From Carcharhinus amblyrhynchos (taxonomy: Eukaryota), in the NCBI GenBank assembly GCA_965287045.1, contig OZ336878.1, forward strand, positions 68,324,001 through 68,388,000: a DNA stretch of 64,000 nt, read 5' to 3'. Each line of letters opens with the position of its first letter. Within the stretch, counting starts at the first letter, position 1. The translations under genes and the position numbers were made by a program. A model generated the notes under the pieces. It was not told where the DNA came from. It saw only the letters and a program-made list of their open reading frames with translations, and did no database searches. This document shows positions 12,877 through 26,437 of the stretch, piece after piece.

Positions 12877-14336
12877 TCCACATTCTAACCACTTACTGGG
12901 CAAAAACATTTCTCCTGAATTTCCTCTTTGATCTTTTGGTGAATATCTCCTACTGATATAATGCCTCTCTTAAATAAATGGGAACCAAGGTGGAACTTGT
13001 TCTCACTTGGTAACCAACTTCAAACACATATGCCCGAATGCTCTGAGCCACTGCAGGGATCAATATGTCGCAAGCTTTCCACCCATTTACCAATCTAGAC
13101 AAAAACACTACCAGTATTTTTGAATCATCAATGACTCCTCACAGAACTTCCAAATCTGTGTGACTTGGTGCTATATTTACCAAGTCACCCTATTACATAT
13201 GAACGTACGAAATTGGAGCAGAAGTGGGCTATTCAGCCCCTCGACACTGCTCCGCCATTCACTAAAATCATGGCTCATCTTCAAATTCCACTTTCCCATC
13301 TGTCCTTTTGGCTAATGATCATGCAACGGTTATAAAGAATGCATTACGAAGGTGTTAAATGCAGGGAAACCGTTTACTGATTCAGTCCAGTGACTGCTCA
13401 GTCCAATGTAATTTTGATACCTCGAATAGCACCCTGACTCAGGTGGTCAGATCTGAAGTGCGCATGTGACAATAAAAATAAAGGCTTGACAGATAAATGG
13501 ATGTAGGAAGGGAGCAATCATCAATGTTGTCTGAACGCTCTGGGTAAACTATATTAAAAGAATATTCACTGTACCCTTGTAAAATACTGCGCAACCTTTA
13601 ATTAAATGCTTGACGCGAAAAACAATACTGTTGATGTCTGAATCATACTCGTATGGGTGTTACTAAAGAAAGTGATGCACAAAGCTGAGAACATGATGTT
13701 CAGTTAAAGTGCATTAACAATACTGACAATTGTGCCATCAGTGTAAGAAGTTGATGAAAGAACTGATGCTTTCTAATTTGATATTTCCAGTATCTGAATT
13801 CAAACAGTGACACTGTTTGAATTCAGTTCAAGTTCTTATGTCCTACCTTTTGTCTTGAATTCAGCAAAAAGAATATGATTATAAAAATGAGAAAGAAAAT
13901 CAGAATGGGTAACATGTCGAAGTACTTGGGGGGGAGGGGGTAGAAAACTTGTCATTTTGCTGAGAAACTGTCAAATTGCCTCTTTTTATGGACCATTCCA
14001 CATTCCTTTGTGCTGTGATATGTGAACAGAATTTAGGATTAATATTTGATGGTTTATACAGATGCCAAAGAGTGTCCCAAGGAATTTGTTTTTAGCCAGA
14101 GTAATATCAACTGACTACAATGCAGTTACTGTCTATAGGCAGGTCTTTGGGAAGAAGAGGGTAGCACGGAGACAGGGCAAATGCCTGGTGAACCCAGGCC
14201 GGCAGCAGCCTGCAGCATTTATTTCAGACCCTGAGGAGTACTCCTGTTCCTCTTGGTACATCAAAAATAATCCCAAACTTACTCATTTGGCAGATCATCT
14301 TCAGCAGTTATCAGACAGAGGTTGTTGCAAATTTAA

Positions 14337-14682
14337 TCATAGAAATCATAGAAACCCTACAGTGCAGAAAGAGGCCATTTGGCCCACCGAGTCTGCACCA
14401 ACCACAATCCCACCCAGGTCCTATCTCTGTATCCCTAGATATTTACCTGCTAATCCCTCTAACCTACACATCTCAGGACACCAAGGGGCAATTTTTTAGC
14501 ATGGCCAATCAACATAATCTGCACATCTTTGGACTGTGGGAGGAAACCACAGGACCCAGAGGAAACTCACGCAGACACGAGGAGAATGTGCAAACTCCAC
14601 ACAGACAATGACCCAAGCCGGGAATCAAACCCAGATCCTGGAGCTGTGAAGCAGCAGTGCTAACCACTGTCCACCGTGCTGC
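14337..14682 (-). mobile_element. HE1-type SINE
   Basis: Same head, V-domain and tail organisation as 2424-2754. Confidence 0.85.
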
Positions 14683-15384
14683 CAAAATTGAGTGTCTCTG
14701 ACACCACTTAAAAGTAGCCAACACCTCTTAAACTGCAGAAAGGAACGGCTTAAAGACTAGAATATTGGCCTCATGATTGTCCAAGGTTATTTTGGAGGCT
14801 CTGGTCCATGATGAGAATCCTATACCCCCTGGGTCAAAAGCCCTCCAGACAAAACCTTTCCCACCATTGAGAAGAGTTTGCTGAGAAGTTCCAATGGCAA
14901 AAGAAAGGATGTGCCTTCTCAGTGGAACTAACTTGGTTATGTAAGGCTTAGATACTGTCCAGCTGGCCAACGAGGACTAATGGGGTCATACATGAAGAAA
15001 TCTCAGGCATACTGAGCAGTATGCCAGGAAGATTAGGGACAATAATAGATAGCTTGGAGGGGTCCAGCTCTGGTATGTCAAGACTTTACAGAAAGGGTAG
15101 AGATCATTCTATCTAATATAGATCAAGCGTTTAGTTCCATGAACACCATGACAGTGCCACTACTAGCAACTATGGCAGCAGAATGATGGAAGCTCAAAAG
15201 CCTGTCATTTTAGGATTAGTGTTGACAGAGGATTTCAGAGAGTTACCTCACTCAGCAGTGAGAGTACTGAGGTACCTTAGCTACATGGGAAATTTCAATG
15301 ACAAGTGCAGGAAGGCATGTTAGGTGCTGCATTTGGCAGAGCTGAAAATCAGGTGTCAACCTGGTGAAACTACAACACAAGATT

Positions 15385-17645
15385 AGTTAAGGGAAGGACA
15401 GGATTGGCAGCTTAACATTCCAGGATACAGATATTTCAGGCAGGATGGGGTGGGGGGGGGGATGTAAAAGGGGTGGGCGCGTTACACTACTGGTTAAGTA
15501 GAATATCACAGCTGTACTGCAGGAGGACACCTCGGAAGGTTCGTACAGTGAGGTAATATGGGTAGAACTCAGGAATAGGAAGAGTGTAGTCACAATGTTG
15601 GGGGCTTACTATAGGCTGCCCAACAGCCAGTGGGAGATAGAGGAACAGATATGTAGGCAGCTTTTGGCAAGGTGTAAAAGTAACAGAGTTGTTGTGGTGG
15701 GAGATTTTAACTTCCCCTATATTGACTGGGACTCACTTAGTGCTAGGAGCATGGATGGGGTAGAGTTTGTAAGGAGTATCCAGGAGGGCTTCTTGAAACA
15801 GTATATAGATAGTCCAACTAGGAAAGGGGCCATTTTGGACCTGGTAATGGGGAATGAGCCCAAACAGCTGGTCAACGTTTCAGTAAGGGAGCAGCTCAGG
15901 AACAGCAACCACAATTCAGTAAGCTTTAAGAAACTGATTGATAAAGAAAAGTGTAGTCCTCAAGTTAAAGTGCCAAACTGGAGGAAAACTAATTACAACA
16001 ATATTAGGCAGGATCTGAAGAATGTAGATTGGGAGCATCTGGCAACATCTGGCTTGTGGGAGGCTTTCAAAAGTAAGTTGATAGGGATTCAGGACCAGCA
16101 CATTCCTGTAAGGGTGAAGGAGAAACATGGCAAGTTTTGGAAACCTTGGATAATGAGAGATATTATCAGCCTAGTCAAAGAGAAAAAGGAAGCTTCTGTC
16201 AAGGCTAGGAGGCTAGGAACACTCGAAGCAAGTGTGGAATACAAGAAAAGTAGAAAGAAACTTAAGCAAGGATTAAGGAGGACTAAAAAGATCACAAAAA
16301 ATCATTGGCCAGCAGGATTAAGGAAAATGCCAAGGCTTTTTAAACATATATAAGGAGCAAGAGGGTAGCCAGGGAGAGAATTGGCCCACTCAAGGCGCCA
16401 GAGGAACTGGGTGAGGTATCAAATGAATTCTTTGTGTCAGTATTCACCAAAGAGAAGGACTTGGTGGATGATGAATCTGGGGAAAGGGTGTGTAGATTGC
16501 TTCAGTCATGTTGAGATCAAAAAGGAGATATTTGGGATCTTTTGAGAAACATTAAGGGACACAAGTCCTCAGGGCCTAATGGGATATACCCCAAAATACT
16601 GAGAGAGGCAAGAGAAGAAATTGCTGGGGCCTTGAGAGAAATCTTTGTATCCTCATTGGTTACAGGGGAGGTCCCAGAGGATTGGAGAACAGCCAATGTT
16701 GTTCCTCTGTTTAAGAAGGGTAGCAAGAATAATCCAGGTAATTGCAGGCCAGTGGGCCTTTCATCAGTGATAGGAAAATTATTGGAGAGGATTCTTTGAG
16801 ACAGGATTTACTCCCACTTGGAAATAAGTGGACGTATTAGTGAGACGCAACATGGTTTTGTGAAGGGGAGATCATGTCTCATTAGCCTGATTGAGTTTTT
16901 CCAGGAAGTGACGAAGGTGATTGACAAGGGTAGGGCAGTGGATGTTGTCTACATGGACTTCAGTAAGGTCTTTCGCAATGGTCCCTCATGGCAGACATGG
17001 GTGGAAGGTGAGGTTGCATGGGATCAGAGGTGAGCTGGCAAGGTGGACACAGAACTGGCTCGGTCACAGAAGACAGAGGGTGGTAGTGGAAAAGTGCATT
17101 TCTGAATGGAGGGCTGTGACAAGTGGCGTTCCTCAGAGGTCAGTGTGGGGCCTTTTGCTGTTTGATATATATATAAATGATTTGGAGGAAAATGTAACTG
17201 GATTGATTAGTAAGTTTGCAGACAACACAAAGGTTGGTGGATTTGTGGATAGTGATGAGGACCATCAGAGGCTACAGCAGGATATAGATTGGTTGGAGGT
17301 TTGGGGGGGAGAAATAGCAGATGGAGTTTAATCTGAACAACTGTGTGGTAATGCATTTTGGAAGGTCTAATACAGATAGGAAATATACAGTAGAACACAT
17401 AAGAGTACTGATAAGCAGAGGGATCTGAGTGTACAGGTACACAGATCACTGAAAGTGACAACGCAGGTGAAGAAAGTAGTCAAGAAGGCAAATGGTATGC
17501 TTGCCTTCATCGGCCAGAGCATTGAGTTTAAAAATTGGCAAGTCACATTGCAGCGTTGTAGAACCTTAGTTAGGCCGCACTTGGAATATAATGCTCAATT
17601 CTAGTTGCCACACTACCAAAAGGATGTGGAGGCTTTAGAGGGGGT
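15385..17645 (+). mobile_element. CR1 LINE ORF2 remnant (APE endonuclease to RT), with frameshifts and stops
   Basis: ORF 15595-16353 has YYRLPN, VVVGDFNFP and PTRKGAILDLV. Downstream ORFs contain RT motifs. Confidence 0.93.
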
Positions 17646-18334
17646 ATTTATTCACCACTTATTCATTGTTGCTGGATTAAAATATGGAAACTCCCTTCCT
17701 AATAGTACTGTAGGTGTACCTACAACACATGGACTGCAGCAATTCAAGAAGGCAGCTCACCATCAAGTTCAAGGGCAGTTAGCTTGTCAAGTCAGTGGTG
17801 CCCACATCTGGTGAACAAATGAAAGAAAAGACACATGCTGTCCTCTTTGTAAACCCCAACATATCCTTTTCCCTGCCATCTGTATAGTCAGTGGCCTTGT
17901 TAGCTGGACCAGACTGCAGCAGCCCACCCGGGACCATAGCTGAAATTCAGTTGCTCGATGTTTGATTTTGTTCTGAATTTGGTGCTAATGTTTCTATTCA
18001 AAATGAAATGAAGGCAATATCCAGAAGGTGGATGTAAGTTGGTGGCAGTTAGTACTTGATAAGAGTTGTCTGAGAGCTCTGACAAACATGACACTGTTGG
18101 CCTTCACCTTCTCCTCTTGCTGTAACTGCACTTCTTGCTGCTCAGAAAGATTCAGATTTGGGATCAAAATGATGCAGATGTGGTGTTAGAAGTATTTTTT
18201 TCCTTCTAACTCTTTCAGAGTAACAATTGGGGTAAAACTGGCAGGACCATCCAAAATTAGTGATTTAAATCACTTCCGTTGGACGGTTCTCAGGCCAGCA
18301 CAATCATCTAGAAGTTAGCATGCGATGTGCTCAT

Positions 18335-18790
18335 TACTGGCTAGGCAGGCTTTTATTGCCTATTCCTAATTGCCCTTAAGAAGGTGATGGTGATCCCTTT
18401 GCAAATTGTTCCAGTCAACGCAATGCTGTTAGGGAGGATGATCCAGCATCCAGTAACAATGAAGGAACAGTGATACATTTCCAAGTCAGGCTGGTGTGTG
18501 TGATTTGGGGGAAATTAGACTAGGTGGTATTCCCATATGCCTGCTGTCCTGTCTTTCTTTTGGGGGGTGTCATCAAAAAAGCTTGGTAACTTGCTGCAAT
18601 GCATCTTGCACTTGTTGCGCATTCAGCCACAGTGTGCCATTGATCAAGGCAGTAAAGGTTCAAGATGGAAGGATGGGACTGCTTGATAAGCAGGCTATTT
18701 TTCTTGGATGCTATTGAGCTGCTTGGTTGTTGCTTAAGCTGCATTCGTCCACATAAGTGGAGAGTATTCAATCATGACTTGTGCCTTGAA
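18335..18790 (-). mobile_element. Old LINE 3' fragment (CR1/L2 group; same tail family as 22105-22478)
   Basis: Shares tttattgcc..cct..ttgccctt..gaaggtg.tggtga and atttccaagtcag motifs with 22105-22478. Confidence 0.6.
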
Positions 18791-19999
18791 GAATTTAAAA
18801 CACATTTTGGGTTAGAATTACTGTAGTGTCCTGTGAATGTTATCTATTCAATGACTCCAGATGACTCTACAGTGTGTCCTGGGAACATTGTTGAAGGTTA
18901 CATGAGATAGTAGGTTTAATGAGTTTTTCAGTTGATGGGTTGTCCCAAAGTGCACACATTCTCTTCAGTTGTCATGAACACTTTGTAAACACTGCATCCT
19001 AAAGAAACATAATACACACAGGTCAACTACTTTTGACCCAACCAACTTGGACTGGCCTTGAGAACATCTGCTTCTACTGACTGCAAAATTGTCAAAAAAT
19101 TTATGGATAATTGGCTGAAATGCCGTTATTTGGATGAGAAGAGGATTGAAAATTGAACCACTAAATCCATTAAAATGTTTCCACAATTTTCCCAAAGCTA
19201 GGACAAAAACTTCAATCGCTAAATTCTTTTTTTTAGAATATTAAGTTGAATTATTTGAATCTGAAACACATCAAAGTTTAGTAAATTTTTTCGGACTATT
19301 TCATTCAAGTATGAATCGAGTTAATTAATGAATTTATTTCTGCTTTGGACTAGTGAAAGGGGATTAAGGGATTACGTTATTGCATTTCTCTGCACCGAGA
19401 AGGATGCATGGAAGTGAAAGTTATCCTATCTCATTAGCCCAAAATTCCAGTTTGTCATTGTGTTTCTAGGAATGGGCACAACTTCTATCTGTTTAATTGT
19501 CCTTGGCATGATCCCACCTGAAATTCCAGGGTCAGGCTCATTTATATACTTGGGTGGGCTGATCTGGCTAATGTTGAGAAAGCATACAAAATGTTGCCTT
19601 GAAGATCCCTTCGAGGCGGACCTCAGATTTAAATGAAATCAATTGCCATTTGAGAACAACATTTGTGTAGAGCAAAAAAAAATTCTACCACAATTACCCC
19701 TGCTCTCTTTTGGTGTTCTTAGCACTGGTCATATACTGGAATAATTGGTTGGGATTCATTGGGGAACCTGGGATCGCCCCAAATCTATCCACAAAAATGA
19801 CATTGGAACAGAGGAAGGTTTGATTGTAAAAATTGCTCCTTACTCCCATCACGAACTATTGTCAGAACCAGATTTAATTCTAATTTCCTACTCTCCCACT
19901 GCTATACTCATTGAAACACTGCTCACAAAAGAACAGAACATATTTTCTCTCTTCCTCACAAGGGCCCACCAGCAGTTATTGTGGATATATCTGATTTTA

Positions 20000-21362
20000 T
20001 TTGATTTGATTTATTTTAGTCACATGTATTAGCATACAGTGAAAAGTATTGTTTCTTGCGCGCTATAGACAAAGCATACCTTTCATAAAGAAGGAAAAGA
20101 GAGTGCAGAATGTAGTGTTACAGTCATAGCAAAGGTGCAGAGAAAGATCAACTTAATGCAGGGTAGGTCCATTCAAAAGTCTGATGGCAGCAGGGAAGAA
20201 GGTATTCTTGTGTCGGTTGATACATGACCTCATACTTTTGTATCTTTTTCCCAACGGAAGAAGGTGGAAGAGAGGATGTCCGGGGTGTGTGGGATACTTA
20301 ATTATGCTGGCTACTTTTCCAAGGCAGCGGGAAGTATAGACAGAGTCATTGGATGGGAGGCTGGTTTGCATGGTGGACTAGGCTACATTCACAACCTTTT
20401 GTTGTTTCTTGTGGTCTTGGACAGAGCAGGAGCCATACTAAGTTGTGATACAACCAGAAAGAATGCTTTTTATGGTGCATCTGTAAAAGTTGGTGAGAGT
20501 CATGGCTAACATGTCAAATTTCCTTAGTCTTCTGAGAAGGTAGATGCATTGTTGGGCTTTCTTAACTATAGTGTCGGCATGGGGGGACTATGACAGGTTG
20601 TTGGTGATCTGGACACCTAAAAACTTGAAGCTCTCAACCCTTTCTACTTAGCCCCTATTGATGTGGACAGGGGCAAGTTCTCCTCTATGCTTCCTGAAGT
20701 CAATGACAATCTCCTTCATTTTGTTGACATTGAGGGAGAGATTATTGTCGCTACATCAGTTCACCAGATTCTCCATCTCATTCCTGTACTCTGAGTCGCC
20801 ATTGTCTGAGATCCAACCCACTATGGTGGTGTCGTTAGCAAACTTGAAAATCGAGTTGGAGGGGAATTTGGCCACACAGTCATAGGTATATAAGGAGTAT
20901 AGTAGGGGGCTGAGAACACAGCCTTGTGGGGCACTTGTGTTGAGGATGATCATGGAGGAGGTGTTGTTGCCTATTCTTACTGATTGTGGTCTGTGGGTTA
21001 AGAAGTTCAAGATCCAGTTGCAGAGGGAGGAGCCAAGCCCCAGGCCATGAAGTTTGCAGATGAGTTTCATAGGAATAATGGTGTTGAAGGCTGAGCTATA
21101 GTCAATAAATAAAAATCTGACATAGGTAACTTTGTTAGCTAGGTGTTCCTGAGTGCAGGGCCGGGGGATGGCATCTGCTGTAGACCTGTTGTGGTGGTAG
21201 GCGAACTATAGTGGATCCAGGCAGCCCAGGAGGCTGGAATTGATTTGTGCCATGACTAGCCTTTCGAACCACTTCGCAATGATGGATGTCAGAGCCACCG
21301 GATGATAGTCATTAAGGCATGCTGCCTGGCTTTTCTTTGGTACTGGGATGATGGTCGTCTTT
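20000..21362 (-). mobile_element. Rex1/Babar-type LINE, RT to 3' end
   Basis: ORF 20756-21070 has [35 protein letters not shown] and [13 protein letters not shown] 21206-21481 has [12 protein letters not shown]. Tail (aaatc)n. Confidence 0.88.
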
Positions 21363-21666
21363 TTGGCCCTCAGATTGTTGGAAAGAGAGGTTGTTTTCCC
21401 ACATTTAATTATTTTTCTCCTCCTTGGATTTTTACTACTCAGCTCCAGACATTTGACTGTTTGGGAACATGCATGATGCACTCATGAGCTTTTCCTTCAT
21501 TGCAATTCCATTGACATTTTATTTCTGCTGATGCAATGCTGTTCCACAAAGTGAGAAATATCATATGTTCTTCAATCAGGTTCTAAAGGTCCTTGCCACA
21601 TTGGGTCAATTTAGGAACATTCACACTTTGATATAATGTCCCTGACTCATCTTTTTTTAAGAAAAT

Positions 21667-21890
21667 TGTGATGTTTGTCCCTTTCTATGGGATGGTCTGG
21701 TGAGAGAGTCATGTGACCCAGGGAACCATTCAGGAACCAGAGGAGGGGATCACCCTAACGTGTGGGATTCTGTATCAGATTGATCCTGGAAGTTGACTGG
21801 CAGCCATGAGCTTGCAAGCCTCTGTATTAGAGTTATATGATATAAATGTTGGAGGTGTAATTTATCTAATCAGTGAACAGAATTATTACA
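21667..21890. mobile_element. Solo LTR, 224 bp
   Basis: TGTGAT...ATTACA termini flanked by an identical 5-bp AAAAT at 21662-21666 and 21891-21895. Confidence 0.65.
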
Positions 21891-22104
21891 AAAATGCATT
21901 ATCCAAATCCGTAATTATTATTCAATACCAACCTGGCTCTTTAACAATAAGTTGTTTTTTCTAGTTGAGCCATTTTCATGTAATGACAAAAATAATTCAA
22001 TGAAGAAGCATCCATTTAACTATTAAGACAAAGGCCTTCTCCTTTCAAAGTTGGCCCTCGTATTACTTTCCATTATTCTCATCAGGACATCAACCGTGGC
22101 TCAG

Positions 22105-22478
22105 TTTTCTTAAATTTATTTGTGGGACATAGGCATCGTTGGCTGGCAAGCATTTATTGCCCATCCCTTGTAGTCCTTGAGAAGGTGGTAGTAAGCTGCC
22201 TTTTGAAACACTGCAGTCCACGTGTTGTGGTTGATCCACAATGCTGTTAGGGAAGGAATTCCAGGATTTTGACCCAGTGACTGCAAAGGAATGGCGATGT
22301 ATTTCCAAGTCAGAATGGTGAGTGGCTTGGAGGGGAACTTGCAGGTGATGGTGTTCCCATGTATCTGCTGCCCTTATTCTTCTAGATGGAACTGGTCGTG
22401 GTTTGGAATGTGCTGTCTAAGGATCTTTGGTGAATTGCTGCAGAGCATCTTGTTGATTATACACACCGCTGCTAGTGA
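22105..22478 (-). mobile_element. LINE 3' fragment (CR1/L2 group)
   Basis: Minus strand encodes HSFAVTGSKSWNSFPNS followed by a gggatgggcaataaatgc tail. Confidence 0.7.
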
Positions 22479-22484
22479 GCTACA

Positions 22485-23030
22485 AAGTTGGTAGCACTCT
22501 TCAATCTGAGCCATAAAGGTCTAGGTTCAAGTCCACTCCAGGGCTTGAATACATAAATTTAAGCTCCATAGTAGTACCGAGTAAATGTATTTACTGTCAG
22601 AGGTACTATCTTTTGGATGAGACATTGGCCTAAATTTACTGGTCCCATCCACCCCTGGAATTGTCGCAGGCGGAACAGAGAATTTGATAGATCAGAGAAA
22701 AATCTGTTGACCCCTGGTGAGGATTTCTGCTCCTGAGTGGGCGGCACTGGAAAATCTTGCCGATTAAACCAAGATTCCATCTGCCTGCTTGGATGGACAT
22801 GCAAGATTCCATGGTACTATTTCAAAGAACAGGAAAAGAGTTATCCCCAGTGCCCTGTCCAATAATATTTTTCAATCAACACCACAAAAACACATGTTGC
22901 TATTTTTGGGAGTCATATTTTCTACAATGCAATAGTGACTACCATTCAAAGGGTGCTTCATTAGCTGCAAAGCACTTTAAAACATCTGATGGTTGCGAAA
23001 AGTGTGACATAAATGCAAGCCCTTTCTTTT
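22485..23030 (+). mobile_element. SacSINE/Deu-domain SINE split by a MITE
   Basis: tRNA-like head (ggtagcactct..ggttcaagtcc), Deu domain, and tail gcactttaaaacatc..ataaatgcaag. Confidence 0.75.
22627..22762. mobile_element. Small Harbinger-type MITE
   Basis: TSD ATT at 22624-22626 and 22763-22765. Removing it restores the SINE text gatgagacattaaacc. Related to 37391-37485 and 40141-40261. Confidence 0.8.
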
Positions 23031-23239
23031 TCATCTTGGTTCCAATTTGACTAGTTATTTTGCGCTTAGCTCCCTCTACAGGCAGAACTAGAAAATTGCC
23101 AATTGAGATACAGCAAATGGTTTTCGATGAAAATTTGTTTTATTTTGTCTATGTGAGTAGATTCAGGTTAGGCAGACATTTACTGAATAGCAACTACATT
23201 TGCTTATTATTAATAACAATAGCTATTCAAATTCACAGA

Positions 23240-24768
23240 TAGTGATTGGAGTTGCAATTGGCAGAACCCTTAAGAGTATTGACAGACAGAGGGATCTGAG
23301 TGTACAGGTACACAGGTCACTAAAAGTGGCAATCCAGGAGGAGAAGGTAGTCAAGAAGACATATAGCATACTTGCCTTCATCAGCTGGGACACTGAGTTT
23401 AAAAATTGACAAATCAAGTTGCAGCTTTATAGAACCTCAATTAGGCCTCACTTGGAATATAGGCCCGATTTTACCACTTTGATTCTAAGTGCTGAATTAG
23501 GAGTGTACCAGATCCGACTTGTAAACTTGTTCTTCGGCACCTGTTCACCCGCACTCTGCCTGAAAAAAAGCAGCGATTCTGAATTAGCCTGTGGGCTAGG
23601 CTTATTGCACCCAAAATGCTGCTCCGATCTGAGCCTTCAACTGCACGTGTGCAGTAAAAAAATTATAAAAACACTCCCCTGCCACATTGCTCCCAAGCCA
23701 GATAATGCCTCTCCCCAGCCACACTTCCACAACATTACTATCCCCCTTATTCCCCCACGCTCTGCTACCCAAACCGATCGCGGCCTTGTTCTCCTTCCCC
23801 CTCCACCAATCGCATACAGAATGGCAGCAGACCCCTCCCCCCCCTCCCCAACCAGAGAACAATCTGATCCACCTCCCTCTTCCCCTCCACTACCAATCTA
23901 AGTCAGAGTGCAGCTAGAAGCTCTGAATTTACCTCCTCAGAAGCTGGAGCATCCGAATCAGACTTTTGCGGACCATGTCTCTTTCACGCCGAATCTGGAC
24001 TGCGAACATGGTGACAAAGGGGGAAATGCCAGTAAGTTTGGGCATCCAGCCCATTAAGTCAATTTAAATGCATGTTTCAGGCATGGTCCTGATCACGGCC
24101 ATTTTAGGCTCTTGATAAAGAGTGAATAGGTGGTCATGGATCACGCTACTCATTTCATTCCTGACTTTACTAAGTTTTCGCGCCTGAAAACAGGTGTAAC
24201 TTGATGATAAGATCGAGCCCATAGTGTTCAATTCCTATTGCCACACTACCAGGAGGACATGGAGACTTTGGAGAGGGTACAGAAAAAATTTACCAGGGTG
24301 TTACCTGATATGGGGGGGGCATTAGCTATGAGAAGAGGTTGGAGAAACTTGATTTGTTCTCACTGGAACAATGGAGGTTGGGGGAGGGCAATCTGATAGA
24401 AGTCTACAAGATTATGAGTGGCATAGACAGAGTGGACAGTCAGACGCTATTTCCCAGGGTGGAAGAATCAATTACTTAGGGGGCATAGGTTTAAGGTGCA
24501 AGGGGCAAGGTTTAAAGGAGACATACGAGGCAAGTTTTTTTTTTACACAGAAAGTAGTGGGTGCCTAGAACTTGCTGCCGGGGTAGGTAGTGGAAGCCAA
24601 TATGATATTGACTTTTATGGTGTGTTTTGACAAATGCATGAATAGGATGGGAATAGAGAGATATGATCCCCAAAAGAGTAGGGGGTTTTAGTTCCGATGG
24701 GCAGCGTGGTTGGTGCAGGCTTGGAGGGCCAAAGTGCCTGTTCCTGTGCTGTAATTTTCTTTGTTCTT
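23240..24768 (+). mobile_element. CR1 3' fragment split by a Harbinger-type element
   Basis: CR1 ORF2 C-terminal homology on both sides of 23462-24220. Confidence 0.85.
23462..24220 (-). mobile_element. Non-autonomous Harbinger-type element (same family as 907-1962)
   Basis: TIRs ggcccgattttacca / tgataagatcgagccc. TSD ATA. Excision restores the CR1 text cttggaatatagtgttca. Confidence 0.85.
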
Positions 24769-26121
24769 TATACATCAATATTATTCCAGTCACTTTACAT
24801 AACAGTAGATGCTTGTAGGCTTGTTTTGGGATCTCACTCATAGAACTTGTCCTTTTACCAGATGCATCTTGTGACCTTTATGTGATCATAATTACCATGC
24901 AAACTAACATAACCTGTAACAGAGAGAACTTATTTCATAATGTCTTTGAATTACCCTGTGGAAAATGTAATCATCTGTGGTACAACTGGTTGGAGTAAGG
25001 TAAAAACTCATGCAATGTAATAAAGCTAAGGTAGAAGAATGACTTATTTTAGCATATGAACAAAATAGCCAAAGAAATCAATCACTACCTTTGGTTGTGG
25101 GGGAAAAGGGAAAAGGTTATGTATCCTCAAGCTGGGACATTATAAAAAGGTGTATTCAGGAAATAAAGTATTCAAGAAAATATGTGGAAAAATGCAATAT
25201 TTACTAGAGTATTCAAAAATGGCCTTTGATCAGCATTGTGCTTTAAATGAAATTATTTTTGGAAAATTTGCAATGATGTTATTAAAGAGAACGCATAAAG
25301 TGAATATTTGGGTAAGATAATTTGATCTACCTCTGATATGTCGGTCAAAATTGAATATTTATGCAAAAAAGATAGCTTCTTGAAAGTGAAGCTTTGATGA
25401 AAGATGTAATGTATATTTTGCAAGTCATTGAACTGAAATGGTAAGTTACAGCTAAAACACTAACTTATGCTTGTACTCGGTGCTAACTTTGCTTTGTCTA
25501 ACATTTATTTTTGTCTGTAAATCTATAAACGTTCACAAGCAAAGCAAAAGGTATTTCCAGTAAAATTCATGCAATAAGCAGCAAAATGTTTTTGTTATGC
25601 CATTCTTGTCAATTTATATATTTTACATATACTACTTTACTTTTCAATCCAAGTCTTTTTCATTCTTCATCCTATATTTTAGGTACTAATAATTCATTTT
25701 TATCCCTTCTCAGTTTCCAACAATTATTTTCTTCAGCCCTTTGTCTCTTTAAGATACTGATTCCAACTGAAATAAAGTTCCTGGGGCTGTGGGTATCCTC
25801 CCATACCCTGTTTGATTGGACAATCTTCATAAATGAGGGTGGATAGTGAGCGGTGCTGAGCTACTCATCATGATTGTCATCACAGTTGAACCCAATACTG
25901 GCCTTATCAGAATGGCTTTGCTTTTGGAAATGGGAGAACTTGGCAAGTATTTTTAGTGTCTATTCCTTAACATGCTTCAGTCCTGCATTGTGCTGAATTT
26001 TATGTCTTTTGGATCTTATGCCCAGTCATGGTTTGGCCCCAGATCTGTCTGAGAATTACTCTTTCTTTCCCTGTGCATTTGGAATGGGAGCTCCATAAAT
26101 GTAGGAGCACCAGAAATGAAC

Positions 26122-26437
26122 CATAGAATCTTACAGTATAGAAGGAGGTCATTTGACCCATCGAGTCTGAATGACCACAATTCTACCCAGGCCCTATCCC
26201 ATAAACCCACATTTTTACCCTAGCTAGTCCCCCTGACACTAAGGGTCAATTTAGCTTGGTCAATCCATCTAATGCACACATCTTTGGATTGTGGGAGGAA
26301 ACTGGACCACCCGGATGAAACTCATACAGACACTGGAATGTGCAAACTTCACACAGGCAGTGATTCAAGCCGGGAATTGAATCTGGGTCGCTGGCACTGT
26401 GAGGCAGCAGCACTAACCACTGTTCTACCGTGCTGCC
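26122..26437 (-). mobile_element. HE1-type SINE
   Basis: Head gggcagcacggtagaacagtggttagtgctgctgcctcacag, V-domain and tail. Confidence 0.85.

Noticed and set aside
14062-14499. 145-aa ORF
   Set aside because: Its 3' third is antisense SINE and the remainder has no recognisable homology.
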